From NCBI RefSeq assembly GCF_009914755.1, contig NC_060929.1: a stretch of DNA of 64,000 nt. The stretch is one strand, 5' to 3'. The stretch comes from the human T2T-CHM13v2.0 reference genome, Homo sapiens. The position numbers and the translations under genes are program-made. A model generated the notes under the pieces. That model worked only from the letters and a program-made list of their open reading frames with translations, searched no databases and was not told where the DNA came from. Shown here piece by piece: positions 42,979-55,840 of this stretch (positions are counted from its first letter, which is position 1; each line of letters begins with the position of its first letter).

Positions 42979-43159
42979 CTTGCGTATATATATACGTATG
43001 TGTGTGCATAAATGTATATATATGTGTGTATGTATGTGTAATTTTTCGTGTTGTTTAAATCTTTCTGGGGTGTGTGCATGTATATATACACACACATATA
43101 TACATACACACAGCTCAGAAAGATTTAAACAACGCAAGACATTATTTTCATTGTTTATA

Positions 43160-43405
43160 GCAGGGTTGGTAGACAGTAATTCTTGAGTGAAATCCTGACT
43201 TGACGTTTCCTGCTTCAATCCTGACTTTACCTTTCCTGCTTTACATTTTCCTGCTTCATGTTTTTGTAAATGAAGCCTTATTAGAACACAGCCATGCCTA
43301 ACATGTAGTATCTCTGGCTGCTTTTGTGCTGCAGTGGCAAAGCTGAATCGTTATGACACAGAGTATGTGGCCCATATGCCTAAAATATTTACTACATGGC
43401 CCACA
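43160..43405. mobile_element. MER58-like hAT element (another terminal piece at ~42720-42770)
   Basis: 'tttgtaaatgaagccttattagaacacagccatgcc..tggctgcttttgtgctgcagtggc..gcctaaaatatttact'. Confidence 0.75.
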
Positions 43406-43734
43406 CTTTTGCATCTTCCATTGCTCTTTTTCCCTTCTTGTTTTTCTGTGCATATGACTATGATCGTTTTCCTTGTGAAAAAACTCTCTTGGTAAAAAAG
43501 TGTCTCATTTTCTTGCTTCTGAAAGCATCAATTTGCCTTCATTTTAAAAGGATGTTTTTGCTAGGTATAGAATCCTAGTTTGGCAAGCATTTTTTGGCAC
43601 TTTAAAAGTGTCATTCCATTATCCTCTGCCTTCCGTTGTGTTTACTTAGAAGTCATTTATTGTTGCCAATTTGAAGATAATGTGTCTCTCTCCCCCATTC
43701 CAGCCATGCTGCTTTAAGAGTATTCTCTTGGTCT

Positions 43735-43883
43735 TCTCCCGTCTCCCCCTTCCCCTTCCCCTTGCCCTCCTCCTCCTCCCCCGACCTTCCCCACTTCTCC
43801 CCAACTTCCTCACCCCCATCCCCTCCTCCCCGTCTTCTCTCCTTCCCCCTTCCTCCCTCCCCCGCTCCTTTCTTCTTCTTCTT
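43735..43883. repeat. CT-rich polypyrimidine low-complexity tract
   Basis: Read directly; lies at the tail position of the antisense Alu. Confidence 0.9.
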
Positions 43884-44060
43884 TGTCGCTTGCAGTGGCA
43901 CAATCTTGGCTCACTGCAACCTCTGCCTCCTGGGTTCAAGTGATTCTCTTGCCTCAGCCTCGGAGTAGCTGGGACTACAGGTATGCGCCACCATGCCCGG
44001 CTAATTTTTTTGTGTTTTTAGTAGAGATGGGGTCTCACCATATTGGTCAGGCTGGTCTTC
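43884..44060 (-). mobile_element. AluS fragment (truncated)
   Basis: gcagtggcacaatcttggctcactgcaacctctgcctcctgggttcaagtgattctc..tagtagagatgggg..caggctggtctt. Confidence 0.9.
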
Positions 44061-44577
44061 TTTTAAAAAAAAAATATGGACTTTGCTGTGATTTGTCAAG
44101 GTGTGGCTTTATTTGTATTTATTCTGCTTGATGTACACAGAGCTCTTTGAATCTGTCTGTGGGTTGGCATTTTTTAATACGTTTTGAAAAAAATCTTCAA
44201 CCATTTCTTTCTAGATCTTTCTTCTGCCTCATTCTCTCTCCCTTCTGTTTCTGGTACTACAATTGCTCTTGTGTTAGATATTTTTAATGTGTTTCACATG
44301 TTTCTTGTACTTTTTTTTTTTTTTTGCATTTCCCTCCCCTTCCTTCTCTGTTTCAGTCTAACTAGTATATATTATTGACTTACTGTTTTCTAATTCACAA
44401 ATCTTCTTTTCTGTTGTGTCTAGTCTGCTATTTATTCTATCCTTCTAGTCCTTAATTTTAGTTATTTTATTTTCAGTTCTAAAATATAAATTTGATTCTT
44501 CTTATAAAAGTCAATTATTTTGGTAAGTTGTTTTTTATATTTTTTTTCCTTTTTCCATCATTATAATTATGGCTATT

Positions 44578-44772
44578 TTATTTTATTTACTTTTTAAAAT
44601 TGTAATAGCTTGAGGGGTACAAGTGGTATTTGGATACATGGATGAATTGTATAATGGTGAATTCTGGGCTTTTAGTGAGCCATCACCTGAATAGTGTACA
44701 TTGTATCCAATAGATACTTTTTTATCCATTACCACCTCTTCCACTTTGCCCCCTTCTAAGTCTCCAGTGACT
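44578..44772 (-). mobile_element. L1PB4/L1MA1-like 3' end
   Basis: 'ggggtacaagtggtatttggatacatggatgaattgtataatggtgaa..catcacctgaatagtgtacattgta'. Confidence 0.8.
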
Positions 44773-47700
44773 GCTATTTCCTTTGATTCTGGGTGTCACC
44801 CTCCAGCAGTCCCATTTGAGAGCCTGGGGTGTTCAGTGAGGTTCTGCCCCCTAGCTGGTTCTGGACTCTGCTGTATATCTCCTTAACACCACAAGACTTT
44901 CAAATGCTGCTCTATTTGAATTCTTGGCCTCACTCTCAAAGCAATTTAAGATATCTGAAAAGGTCTTGAGGGTGAAACCAGTGTAGGATCGGACTCAGTT
45001 TCCTGCCCCTCCCTGCCCACAGCCACCCTGTCCTTTCTTGTTTCTACTCTCCATCTCTCCAGTCTCATGAGATGATGAAAATCTCTGCTGCCTTGCTGTC
45101 TTTCAGTGGTGCCTTCTGCACAGATCCTAGGACTGCATCTTCTACCACTCGTCCTGTGTCCAGGGTTGGCAAGCATTCCGGGAAAAGCGTGGTCTGAACT
45201 TTCTGTGTGGTTTTCCTATTGTCTGTTGCTTCGTTAGCTCGCAGATGCCTTCCAAGAGATGTACTTTTAATTTTACCTAGGCTTTTAGCAGTGCTTGTCT
45301 GGAATGCTGGTCTCCCATAAGCTTCTTTGTCATCTTTGCAAGTGGAAGCTCGATTGTTCCTTGAAATACATATGGGTTTAGTACTTGAAATATATTTGAG
45401 GGCTTTTTCTTCTCGATAAATGTTAAGCATGACCAACTATTTTAATTGATTTCAAAACCTTTTTTTTTTTTCCAAGTGGTGACACATTGGCTTCATTGAT
45501 GTCTCTACCATAAGTGGTTTCAAACCATTTTATTTCTTCATATTATAGTAACTGTGCAAGAACATTCAGAAAAAAATCACACTATACTTGATCAATGCAT
45601 ATTACATTATTTTGCTTAATGTATAAAATGCACATTGTAAAGTATTTATTCTGTAAGGAAAAAAGGTAGATAATGAGAAGAACCTGAAATATTCTAGGTA
45701 ACTTGGTGATTTACATTTTTAACAGTCATTTTTAGGTCCAGACAAGTGGAAAGTAATGGCCTGATTAAATTTTAGAATGGCTTAAACTAGGAAACTCTGT
45801 TTATAAATTATGAGTGAGATATCCTTTTTTTCTCTAGAATTAACTGAAGCTTCAATTATTACCATTCATGTGTGTCAACCTTTCCTGTCAGCCTGAATGT
45901 GGTTGTGAAGGTCGCTGAGGAGGGAAGGGCAAATGGCTTGATGGGGTGATTGGCAGCTCAGAGGCAACACTAGCTGAGTTTCCTCTGCATGCAGCATTGC
46001 CCGAAATGTCCTCCTAATGTGACTCATCCATCACCACCTCCTTTGAGCATATTTTGCTTCTATCTGTCTGTGGTCAAGAGTGAGTCTCTGATTTAAAATC
46101 TTACACCCTTGCTCATCCTTATCCCTTTAAAAATAAAGAGTATACACTCTTGCTAAGTTTCCTAAAGCACATTTGGCTTCCAAGCATCTTATTTTTAAAT
46201 AAATTTTAATATCTATTTTAATAGATTTTTAAAAATCTTAATTTTAATCATTTTGTTTTTTAAGGTCAAAGTGAATATATGTAGCAAATTTGCACTAATT
46301 AAGAACAACTCATGTCGAATTTTGCACACTTGTAGAAAAGTTTATATTGATGCTTATGCTGTTAAGAATGAGAAAGTTAGCTAAATAACACAACAGTTTA
46401 AAGAGTACTTCAGAAGGCATATTTAATCTATTTAATTGAATGAAATGTTCTCAAGCTCTGGAGAGGGATTCATTTACACACCCTAACTCAGAGCCGCAAA
46501 TCTTCAAAACAAAAATAAAAATTGATTCAGATAGTTTTTCCATCCTCTTTGGAAACTAAATAAATCTCTCAGGTTAATCCAAAAAGGAAATGTCATCCAC
46601 AGCATCCACTACCACTTTCCTGGTAGTCTGGTTCTACTTTAAGTCATTAAATCAAATACAGAAAGGCTGTAATCTTTTAAAAATAACTCTGTTTCAAAGG
46701 GCTGGCAGAAACCTGAGAATTTGAAAATACATTATCCTAAGCTAAACTTTCAAAAAGATTAGAATGTGAGGAAACTGTTTTAAATTTGGGAACCCCAGTA
46801 TGGCTTCTTAGCATGCAGTTAGGAGAAATACCTTAATAGTCTTACATCTATTTTTAATCTGATTTTACTATTACACTGTTATACTGAGAGAAAAGTCATG
46901 ATCAAAATAAGATTGTTTTCTAATAATAATTAGTATTTTCTTACCAGTAGTTAGCTATAAAGACTGTGTTCTAATTTTCCTTGCTATTTTTTTGTTTGTT
47001 TAATTAAGTTTTTTATATTTTTTATTTCCATAGGTTATTGGGGAACAGGTGGTGTTTGGTTGGTGGTGATTTGTGAGATTTTGGTGCATCCATTACCTGC
47101 ACAGTATATGCTGCACTCAATTTGTGGTCTTCTATCACTCACCCCCTTCCTACCATTTCCCCCTGAGTCCCCAAAGTCTTTCTTATGCCTTTGCATCCTC
47201 ATAGCTTAGCTCCCACATATGAGTGAGAACATATGATGTTTGGCTTTCCATTCCTGAGTTACTTCACTTAGAATAATAGTCTCCAGTCTCATCCAGGTTG
47301 CTGCAAATGTTATTAACTCATTCCTTTTTATGGTTGAGGAGCATTCCATTATATGTATATTACAGTTTCTTTATCCACTCATTAATTGATGGGCATTTGG
47401 GTTAGTTCCAGGTTTTGCAATTGCAAATTGTGCTGCTATAAACATGTGTGTGCAAGTATCTTTTCCAGGTAGTAATGACTTCTTTTCCTCTGGGTAGATA
47501 CTCAGTAATGAAATTGCTGGATCAAATGGTAGTTCTACTTTTAGTACTTTAAGGAATCACCACACTGTTTTCCATAGTGGTTGTACTAGTTTGCATTCCC
47601 ACCAGCAGTGTAGAAGTGTTCACTGTTCACTGCATCCATGCCAACATTTATTATTTTTTGATTTTTTTGATTATGACCATTCTTGCAGGAGTAAGGTGGT

Positions 47701-49019
47701 ATTGCATTGTGGTTTTGATTTGCATTTCCCTGATAATTAGTGATGTTGAGCATTTTTTCATATGTTTGTGGCCCTTTGTTTGTATATCCTCTTTTGGGGA
47801 AAATTGTTTATTCATGTCCTTAGCCCACATTTTGATGGGAGTATTTGGTTTTATCTTGCTAATTTGTTTGAGTTCGTTGTAGATTTTTGATATTAGTCCT
47901 TTGTCAAATGTATAGATTGTGAAGATTTTCTTCCACTCTGTGGGTTGTCTGTTTACTCTGCTGACTGTTCATTTTGCTGTGCAAAAGCTCTTTAGTTTAA
48001 TTGAGTCTCATCTATTTATCTTTGTTTTTGTTGCATTTGCTTTGGAGTTCTTGGTCATGAAATCCTTGCCTAAGCCAATGTCTAGAAGGGTTTTTCTGAT
48101 GTTATCTTCTAGAATTTTTATAGTTTCAGATCTTAGATTTAAGTCCTTGATCCATCGTGAGCTGATTTTTGTGTAAGGTGAGCGATGAGGATCCAGTTTC
48201 ATTCTCCTACATGTGGCTTGCCAATAATCCCAGCACCATTTATTGAATAGGGTGTCCTTTCCCCACTTTATGTTTTTATTTGCTTTGTCAGTGATCAGTT
48301 GGCTGCATTTAGCTTTATTTCTGGGTTCTCTATTCTATTCCATTGGTCTATGTGCCTATTTTTATTCCAGTACTATGCTGTTTTAGTGACAATGGCCTTT
48401 AGTGACTATGAAGTTGGATAATGTGATGCCTCCAGGTTTGTTCTTTTTGCTTAGTCTTGCTTTGGCTATGTGGGCTCTTTTTTGGTTCCATATGAATTTT
48501 AGGATTGTTTTTCCTAAATCTGTGAATAATGATGGTGGTATTTTGATGAGAATTGTGTTGAATTTGTAGATTGCTTTTGGCAGTATGGTTATTTTCACAA
48601 TATTGATTCTACCTACCTGTGAGCATGGCATGCGTTTCCATTTGTTGTGTCATCTATAATTTCTTTCAGCAGTGTTTTGTAGTGTTCCTTTTAGAGGTCT
48701 TTCACGTCCTTGGTTAGGTGTATTCCTAAGTATTTTATTTTTTTGCAGCTATCGTAAAAGGGGTTGAGTTCTTGATTTGATTCTCAGCTTGGTCACTGTT
48801 GGTGTATAGAAGAGCTACTCAATTGTGTACATTGATTTTGAATCTAGAAACTGCTGAATTCATTTATCAGGTCTAGGAGCTTTCTGGAGGAGTCTTTAGG
48901 GTTTTCTAGGTAAAAGTTATATTATCAGCAAACAATGACAGTTTGGCTTCCTCTTGACCAATTGGGATGCCCTTTATTTCTTTTTCTTGTCTGATTGCTC
49001 TTGCTAGGACTTCTAGTAC

Positions 49020-49858
49020 TGAGAGGTGAAGCCAGCTGGGCTTCTGGGTCAGGTGGGGACTTGGAGAACTTTTATGTCTAGCTAGAGGATTGTAAACACA
49101 CCAATCAGTGCTCTGTGTCTAGCTAAAAGTTTGTAAACACACCAATCAGCACTCTGTAAAAACACACCAATCAGCGCTCTGTGTCTAGCTAAAGGTTTGT
49201 AAATGCACCATTCAGCTCTCCGTAAAAATGCACCAATCAGTGCTCTGTGTCTAGCTAAAGGTTTGCAAACGTATCAATCAGCGCTCTGTAAAAATGCACC
49301 AATCAGCACTCTGTGTCTAGCTAAAGGTTTGTAAATGCACCAATCAGCACTCTGTAAAAATGGACCAATCAGCAGGCCAAATAAGGGAATAAAAGCTGGC
49401 CACCCGAGCCAGCAGAGGCAACCCGCTGGGGTCCCCTACTATGCCGTGGGAGGTTTGTTCTTTCGCTCTTTGCAATAAATCTTGCTGCTGCTCACTCTTT
49501 GGGTTGGCACTACCTTTATGAGCTGTAACATTCACTGTCAGGGTCTGCAGCTTCATTCCTGAAGTCAGCGAGATCACGAACCCACCAGAAGGAAGAAACA
49601 ACTGTGGATGCCAGCTTTAAGATCTGAAATACTCACTGCGAGGGTCTGCGGCTTCATTCCTGAAGTCAGCAAGACCGTGAACCCACCAGAAGGAAGAAAC
49701 TCCAGACACATTTGAACATCTGAAGGAACAAACTACGGACTCACCATCGTTAAGAACTCCGGACTCACCATTGTTAAGAACCCACCACAAGGTCCATGGC
49801 TTCATTCTTGAAGTCAGTGAGACCAAGAACCCACTGGAAGGAATAAATTCCGGACACA
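49020..49858 (+). mobile_element. Solo LTR12 (ERV9)
   Basis: tgagaggtgaagccagctggg..ttccggacaca; tandem CCAATCAG enhancer repeats; U5 repeats 'cttcattcctgaagtcagc'; 4-bp TSD gtac at 49016-49019 and 49859-49862. Confidence 0.95.
49075..49400 (+). promoter_or_regulatory. LTR12 U3 enhancer/promoter (NF-Y CCAAT array plus AATAAAA TATA-like box)
   Basis: Seven perfect CCAATC at ~49101, 49142, 49167, 49233, 49299, 49340, 49365; 'gggaataaaagctggc' at ~49385-49400. Confidence 0.7.
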
Positions 49859-52484
49859 GTACTACTATGTTGAAGAGGAGTTGTGAGAGTGGGCATTCTT
49901 GTCTTGTTCCAGTTCTCAGAGGGAATGCTTTCAACTTTTCCCTATTCAGTATAATGTTGGCTGTGGGTTTGTTATAGATGGCTCTTATTACATTGAGGTA
50001 TGTCCCTTGTATGCTGATTTTGCTGAGAGTTTTAATCATAAAGCAATGCTGGATTTTGTCAAATGCTTTTTCTGCATCTATTGAGATGATCATGTGATTT
50101 TTGTTTTTGATTCTGTTTATGTGGTGTATCACATTTATTGACTTGTCTATGTTAATCCCTGCATCCCTGGTATGAAACCCACTTGATCACGGTGGATTAT
50201 CTTTTTGATATGTTGTTAGATTTGGCTAGCTAGTATTTTGTTAAGGATTTTAGCATCTATGTTCATCAGGGATATTGGTCTGTAGTTTTCTTTTTTGGTT
50301 ATGTCCTTTTCTGGTTTTGGTATTAGGGTGATACTGCCTTCATAGAATAATTTAGGGAGGGTTCCTTCTTTCTCTGTCTTGTAGAATAGTGTCAATAAGG
50401 GGAAACAATCTTTGTGATCACCTGGTTCATAAGGCTAGAGTTTCCAGATAAAAAGTAAATTTGAGAGAAAACATGTTTTGAATTATGAGTATTTCTTAAG
50501 TTTAGCCAAACAGTCATGGTATGTGAAGAATGTGAGTCTTCAGTCCTGTGTACAGCCACCATATTCTGTTTCTTAATTTTTGGTGTTTCTATTGAGATTA
50601 ATATCATCACAATTTTCTCCTTTTGTTATTCACACGGGATGTTTTCGCCCACTATATTTCCAAACCCTGAACTCATTTGCTAGAGGTGCTTATGATATTC
50701 TGTCATTCGAGGTCTATGGAGAGCAGCAGATACAGATGAAGAACTTCCAGTCTCAAGGAGAGGCCCCTCCAGTGGCTAAGAAAGCAGACGAGAATGAATT
50801 AGGAGCTCTTTCAGACGGATATCTTTAAAAAGACAGGAAGCAGTCGGGAAATAATGAAAGGCTTCCAAAAAGAACATCTGGTAATGATGCTTTATGACTT
50901 TCTCTCCCTAAGAGTACTACTTGTAAGCTACAGACAATATAAGAAACCTGAATTTATGTTAATTTCCCAAAGCTTGCCTTGAGCTCCTGATAAGTAATAC
51001 ATTCGTGAATAGCAGAATACAGTAAATGATAATTCTCATTTTCCAAGAGCATAATCAGCTTTTTCCTGTTCTAAAGTGCATATACAACTCGTTTCCATCT
51101 CTCCTGGTGTTTCATTGTTGAGTAATGATGTACTACATACCATACACAATACCTTATATGGGGTTACACAGAAACAGGAAATGACAATAACAGTACTTCA
51201 GAGATGACAGGTAACTCCCCAGAGAAGACAGGTACAGTGGGTGTGGGATGAATATGTATAGAAATTGGAGTGTATTTGCTGCACGTAAGAGAGGAAAAAC
51301 AATAGTTAACGTGGGAAGAAAAGGCTAAAGCAAGAATAAAGAAATGCAGGCTGACTCATAATGAGAGTGCATGGGATGAAAGCAGGCAGGAGTTTAGAAA
51401 AGATTTTGTAGGGGAATAGGACTGCCTGTTTAAATGGTCTTCAAAATTCTCTCTCTCAGGACTACCACAGATTCCAAAAAAATCTCATGTGTACCTAGTC
51501 TTACGTGTTTCTGTTCTCATCAAATCTTGAAGAACCTTTACTCGCTTTGTAACCATTTAGGACTTCATATTTTCAATGTTTACTTTTGCCTTTCCTAAAA
51601 CATATTTATGAGCCCAAAGAGTAAAAACCTATACCCTACATTTTTTACAGTCATCTGGGGCTTGTTCCTTCCTCTTGCTTCCAGAAGGTAATTCCTCTGA
51701 CAGGTTGCTGAGACATGGTAGTAGCATTGAATGTTATCTTTGTCTTCTTTTGTGCTTGACTCTTAGACAGGTGTGGACCAATGATGTGCATGGTCAGCAA
51801 CACCAGGAGGTGTGAGCTGCCAGGGAGTTTATGGGATGTTACCCTGATGGCCAAGGCATTTGTTAGGCTCTGTATTAAGTCTAATTTGCACATTCATTGA
51901 AACCGTCTCATGTGGTTAAAACTACCAGACAGAGTGCCTCCCAGGTCTGTATCATTTCCCAGTTATCTAAACTGAATCCATGATGTGCAAATTTATTTCT
52001 TAGTCTCATTGTAGAACAAAGAGAGAACACTATGCCAGCCACTCTTTCACTTTGGAAATTGTTATTGATTTGCTTTCTCAGGCTTCTGTTCTCCCGTCAA
52101 GGCTGTCATCAATCACTGTTGACTGCCCACTGGGCACTGACTGCTGAACTGGGCATCAGAGGGGAATGCAGGGAGAAGAGTCGTAGGCGCCCAAATAACA
52201 GACACTGGACACCAGTCAGTGCTAGGAATGATAATGAACAACACAGTGGTTTTGTGCAAGATGAATGCATAAATATCAGCACAGAATGGAGGAGCTGCTA
52301 GAGTCTGACTGGAGACTTCAATTTTAGAGCTATGGAGGCCAGGTCTGCTTTGTCCTAGAGAAGCAAAAAGCAGTAACATTTCTTCCGTGAAATCTCCCTG
52401 TCTAGTGGGTGGGGAGATGAGAACATCTACAAATGCTTACAATACTGTGAGATGAGGGCTGAGTTAAAAGCACCCCAAGGAGCC

Positions 52485-52722
52485 TGTGTTAGTTTGCTCA
52501 GGCTGCCATGACAAAGTGCCACAAGCTGGGTGGCTTGGCAAAGAAAAAATTACTACCTCACAATTCTGGAGTTTGGAAGTCCAAGAGCAATGGCTCTGTG
52601 AGCAGAATTGGTTCTTCCTGAGGCCTTTTCCTTTGGCTTATAGATGGCTGTCTTCTCCCTGGGTCTTCATACTGCTTTTCTCTGTATTTGTCTGTATCCT
52701 AATCTCCTTTTCGTTAAGGACA
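52485..52722 (-). mobile_element. MLT1B/C-like LTR fragment
   Basis: tgtgttagtttgctcaggctgccatgacaaagtgccacaagctgggtggctt..ctcacaattctggag..ggaagtccaaga. Confidence 0.75.
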
Positions 52723-52853
52723 GCAGCCTATCTGGTAAGACTATCTGGTAGGTTAAAAGACTATCTGGTAGTTTACTCAAACAATAAACTACTTGTACTA
52801 ATACCATTTATCAAATAATTCTTTTTAAATTGCTCTTAAAAAACTCCTTTATT

Positions 52854-53158
52854 GGCCGGGCACAGTGGCTCATGCCTGTAATCCCAGCGTTGTGGGAGGC
52901 CGAGGCGGTTGAATCATGAGGCCAGGAGTTGAAGACCAGCTGGCCAAGATGGTGAAACCCCGTCTCTACTAAAAATACAAAAATTAGCCGGGTGTGGTGG
53001 CAGGCGCCTGTAATTCCAGGTACTTGGGAGGCTAAGGCAGAGAATTGCTTGAACCTCGGAGGTGGAGGTTGCAGTGAGCCAAGATCACGCTACTGTACTC
53101 CTGCCTGGGTGACAGAGCGAGACTCGTCTCAAAAAACAAACAAACAAACAAAAAACCC
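52854..53158 (+). mobile_element. AluS (Sg-like)
   Basis: Full dimer with (AAAC)n tail; TSD aaaactccttta at 52840-52851 and 53159-53170. Confidence 0.93.
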
Positions 53159-53738
53159 AAAACTCCTTTACCATGAACTGAATTTTCATGCATTCTGGGT
53201 CAACTCTGTACTTGGTTTATTTGTAATGATTTGAATACATTTTATCCTTCAGCGTCAAATTATTTTTTATTATTTTAGTTCAAACAAGGGCCTCTGGCTC
53301 AGGGAAAGTCTATGTGCTTGTGGGGAGAAGGGCATGGAGAATCTGAGATGAGTTGCTGAGACGAATAGAATCTGGTCAAAATTAGATAAAATGCAAAATG
53401 AAATACAAACTTTGCAGTTTTAGACTTCCAAAGATTCTCAGGAAAGATGTATTTGTAAATATTCTTATAAAACTTTGCTTCTGGGTGGAGGAGGTTACAT
53501 CCTAACAGGCACAAACACACACACACAAAGAATGAGACATACACACAATTTGCTGTTACTTTAGCAAAAATGAACCATGTGCGTAGTAGCAGGGGAAACT
53601 TGAAATTACAGCATGTGTATTGGGGAAATCATTCATGTATTTGCTTTCCATGAAATTTATAGACAGTTTTCTATAATGTCACGTTGAGAGGTGAGGTTAA
53701 GCTCAGCAGTGTTCCCTAGGTGTCACTTGACAATAAAC

Positions 53739-54192
53739 TGTGACACAGAGAGCCAAAAGAAGGTCAGGGAAGTCCTACTTCATGCCTTTCTCTTGGCACA
53801 CAGGAAGACTGCATTTCCCAGCTTCTCTTGCAGCTTGGTCCCACCACTGGGCTGAGGATGGTAGTGATGTAGACCACTTGCAAGCCCAGACTTGAAGCTG
53901 CCCACATAACTCTCCATGAATTCTCTTCCCCTCGGGCTCATGTTTTAAAAACGATTTTTTAGAGATGGGATCTTGCTGTGTTGCCCATGCTAGTCTTGAT
54001 AGGGTTCATGTTGAAGGTGATAACATCACAAGACAGAAAGAACATGGGCTGTTGAGCTCATTCCTAAGAGATAGTCTCCCAAATGTCATTGGACTGTGCA
54101 CGTGGGAGAGAAATAAACATGTGATTGTTCTCATCTCCTGATCTGGAGGAAGTTAGTTTTAGTATTCAGCATCAACCACCCTGACTAATACA
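53739..54192 (+). mobile_element. Old MLT1 (I/J-like) LTR
   Basis: 'ggcacacaggaagactgcatttcccagcttctcttgcag'..'gagagaaataaac'..'ccctgactaataca'. Confidence 0.7.
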
Positions 54193-54451
54193 ACCCAATG
54201 GTATCTTTGAAATAGGCATAATTTAAAATAGACAACCAGGGCAGGGGGATAGCCTCAAAATTCATGCATAAGCTACGATAACTGAGTCGTATGAAACTGC
54301 CCATAGTCATGTATCATAGTTTACTACAATTTCAGGTATGTAGTGGAAATTCATGATTTGGGGCTGACACTGTCTGAGGTGAAGATTTGGACTAGGAATC
54401 AAAGACAAAGAGAATGTCAGCATGTCATTACATTAGAAACAGAAATTATTA

Positions 54452-54812
54452 GGCCAGATGTCGTGGCTTATGCCTGTAATCTCAGCACTTTGGGAGGCCA
54501 TGGCGAATGAATCACTTGAGCCCAGGAGTTCAAGACCAGCCTGGGTAACATAGTGAGACCTCATCTCTATAAAAATTACAAAAATTTGGCTGGGTGTGGT
54601 GGTGCATGTCTTTAGTCCCAGGTACACTTGGGAGACTGAAAGGGAGGATTGCTTGTGCATGGGAGGTTGCAGAGCTGAGACTGTGCCACTGCACTCAAAC
54701 CTGGGCAACAGAGTGAGACCCTATCTCAAAAAAAAAGAAAAGAAAGAAAAAGAAAGAAGGAAGGAAGGAAGAAGGAAAGAGAAAGAAAGAAAAAAGAAAG
54801 AAAAAGAAAGAA
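54452..54812 (+). mobile_element. AluJ with tail expanded into a GAAA/GGAA microsatellite
   Basis: cacttgagcccaggagttcaagaccagcctgggtaacatagtgagacc; TSD agaaattatt at 54441-54450 and 54813-54822. Confidence 0.92.
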
Positions 54813-55494
54813 AGAAATTATTTAAAGTCAGAATACATTCTGACACATGTCTCTTCTCTCCTCACCTTCTCCAGGCTTCTGTACAAAAAATGATACTAAT
54901 TTTCAGCCATGTTTATACCTTCCACTCAATTTTGAATCTGTCTACATGCATTAAGCATTTCTATCCAGTATTTGAAAATGTTATTGAATGCATCTGAACG
55001 TGTGCGTGTGTGTGTGTGTACATGTGTATGTAAGGGATTTGGGAGTGGTGCTGGCAGGGTGTGAGGATTGCACTTAAAATGATTTGGAGAAGGCTCCTTC
55101 TGTTTTAAGTGGGAAGGTGAGGTTTTTGTATATACACTGATGATGTGTCCTGGAAGGGGAGTGTTCATGGTATCTCCTTTTCAAGAACGAGAGATGAAAC
55201 AGAGAAAAGGAAGACAGAGGCAATAGCCTATTGACCAGGGGAATTCAAGACATAAAATCATGGAACTTACCTATTTAAATCTATGAAACAAAAATTTAGT
55301 AGCAAAAAAAAAAAGGAGTTATGTAGCCATATTCTAGGGGTATAGTAGAGGCAAATCAATTATCAACTGGCCAGTAATGTAGTAGAAGAAAATTCTCCTA
55401 ACCCTGGATAAGTGGAAAAATCCCTCTGTAACACAGAGCTGTGTAATTCAAACTAAAAATAATAAAGAATTTGTCACCTTCTAAAGTGGATGCT

Positions 55495-55840
55495 TGCTAT
55501 GGTCTGAGTGTTTGTGTCTCCTCAAATTCATATGTTGACACCTTGTCCCCAATATAATAGTATTAAGAGGTAGGGCCCTTGGGAGATAATTCAGTCTAAT
55601 AATAAATGGAATTAGTACCCTTACAAAAGAGGCTTGAGGGAGTTTGTTCACCCCTCCTGCCTTGTGATGACAAAAGGCAAAGACACAGTCTGTGGAGAAT
55701 GAGACTCATCAGATACCCAATCTGCTGGCACATTGATTTGGAACTTCCCAGGCCCCAGAACTGGGAGTAATAAGTTTATGTTGTTTATAAACTACCCAGT
55801 CTAAGGTATTTTGTTACAGCAACTCATATGGACTAAGACG
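55495..55840 (+). mobile_element. MLT1A-like solo LTR
   Basis: tgctatggtctgagtgtttgtgtc..aaattcatatgttga..ggtattttgttacagc..ggactaagac. Confidence 0.85.

Larger units (their letters stand above)
43420..45350 (-). mobile_element. Ancient L1ME-like fragments, interrupted by a CT-rich tract, an Alu and an L1PB end
   Basis: 'tttgccttcattttaaaaggatgtttttgctaggtatagaatcctagtttggc', 'ttctgcctcattctctctcccttctgtttctggtactacaatt'. Confidence 0.65.
47005..50398 (-). mobile_element. 5'-truncated L1PB1-like LINE-1 split by LTR12
   Basis: 3' end 'tttccataggttattggggaacaggtggtgtttggtt'; antisense ORF2 remnants 48008-48202, 48383-48631 and 49860-50132 ([17 protein letters not shown]). Confidence 0.9.

Noticed and set aside
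43646-43968. Arg/Gly/Glu- and Pro/Ser-rich ORFs
   Set aside because: Translations of the CT-rich tract and the adjacent Alu.
49075-49375. Regular ~40-bp repeats resembling an array
   Set aside because: These are the standard LTR12 U3 enhancer repeats.
50580-50828. 82-aa ORF with a protein-like C-terminal half (EQQIQMKNFQSQGEAPPVAKKADENE)
   Set aside because: Non-ATG start, no clear splice sites and no family I can recognise; a tBLASTn or PhyloCSF check would be needed.
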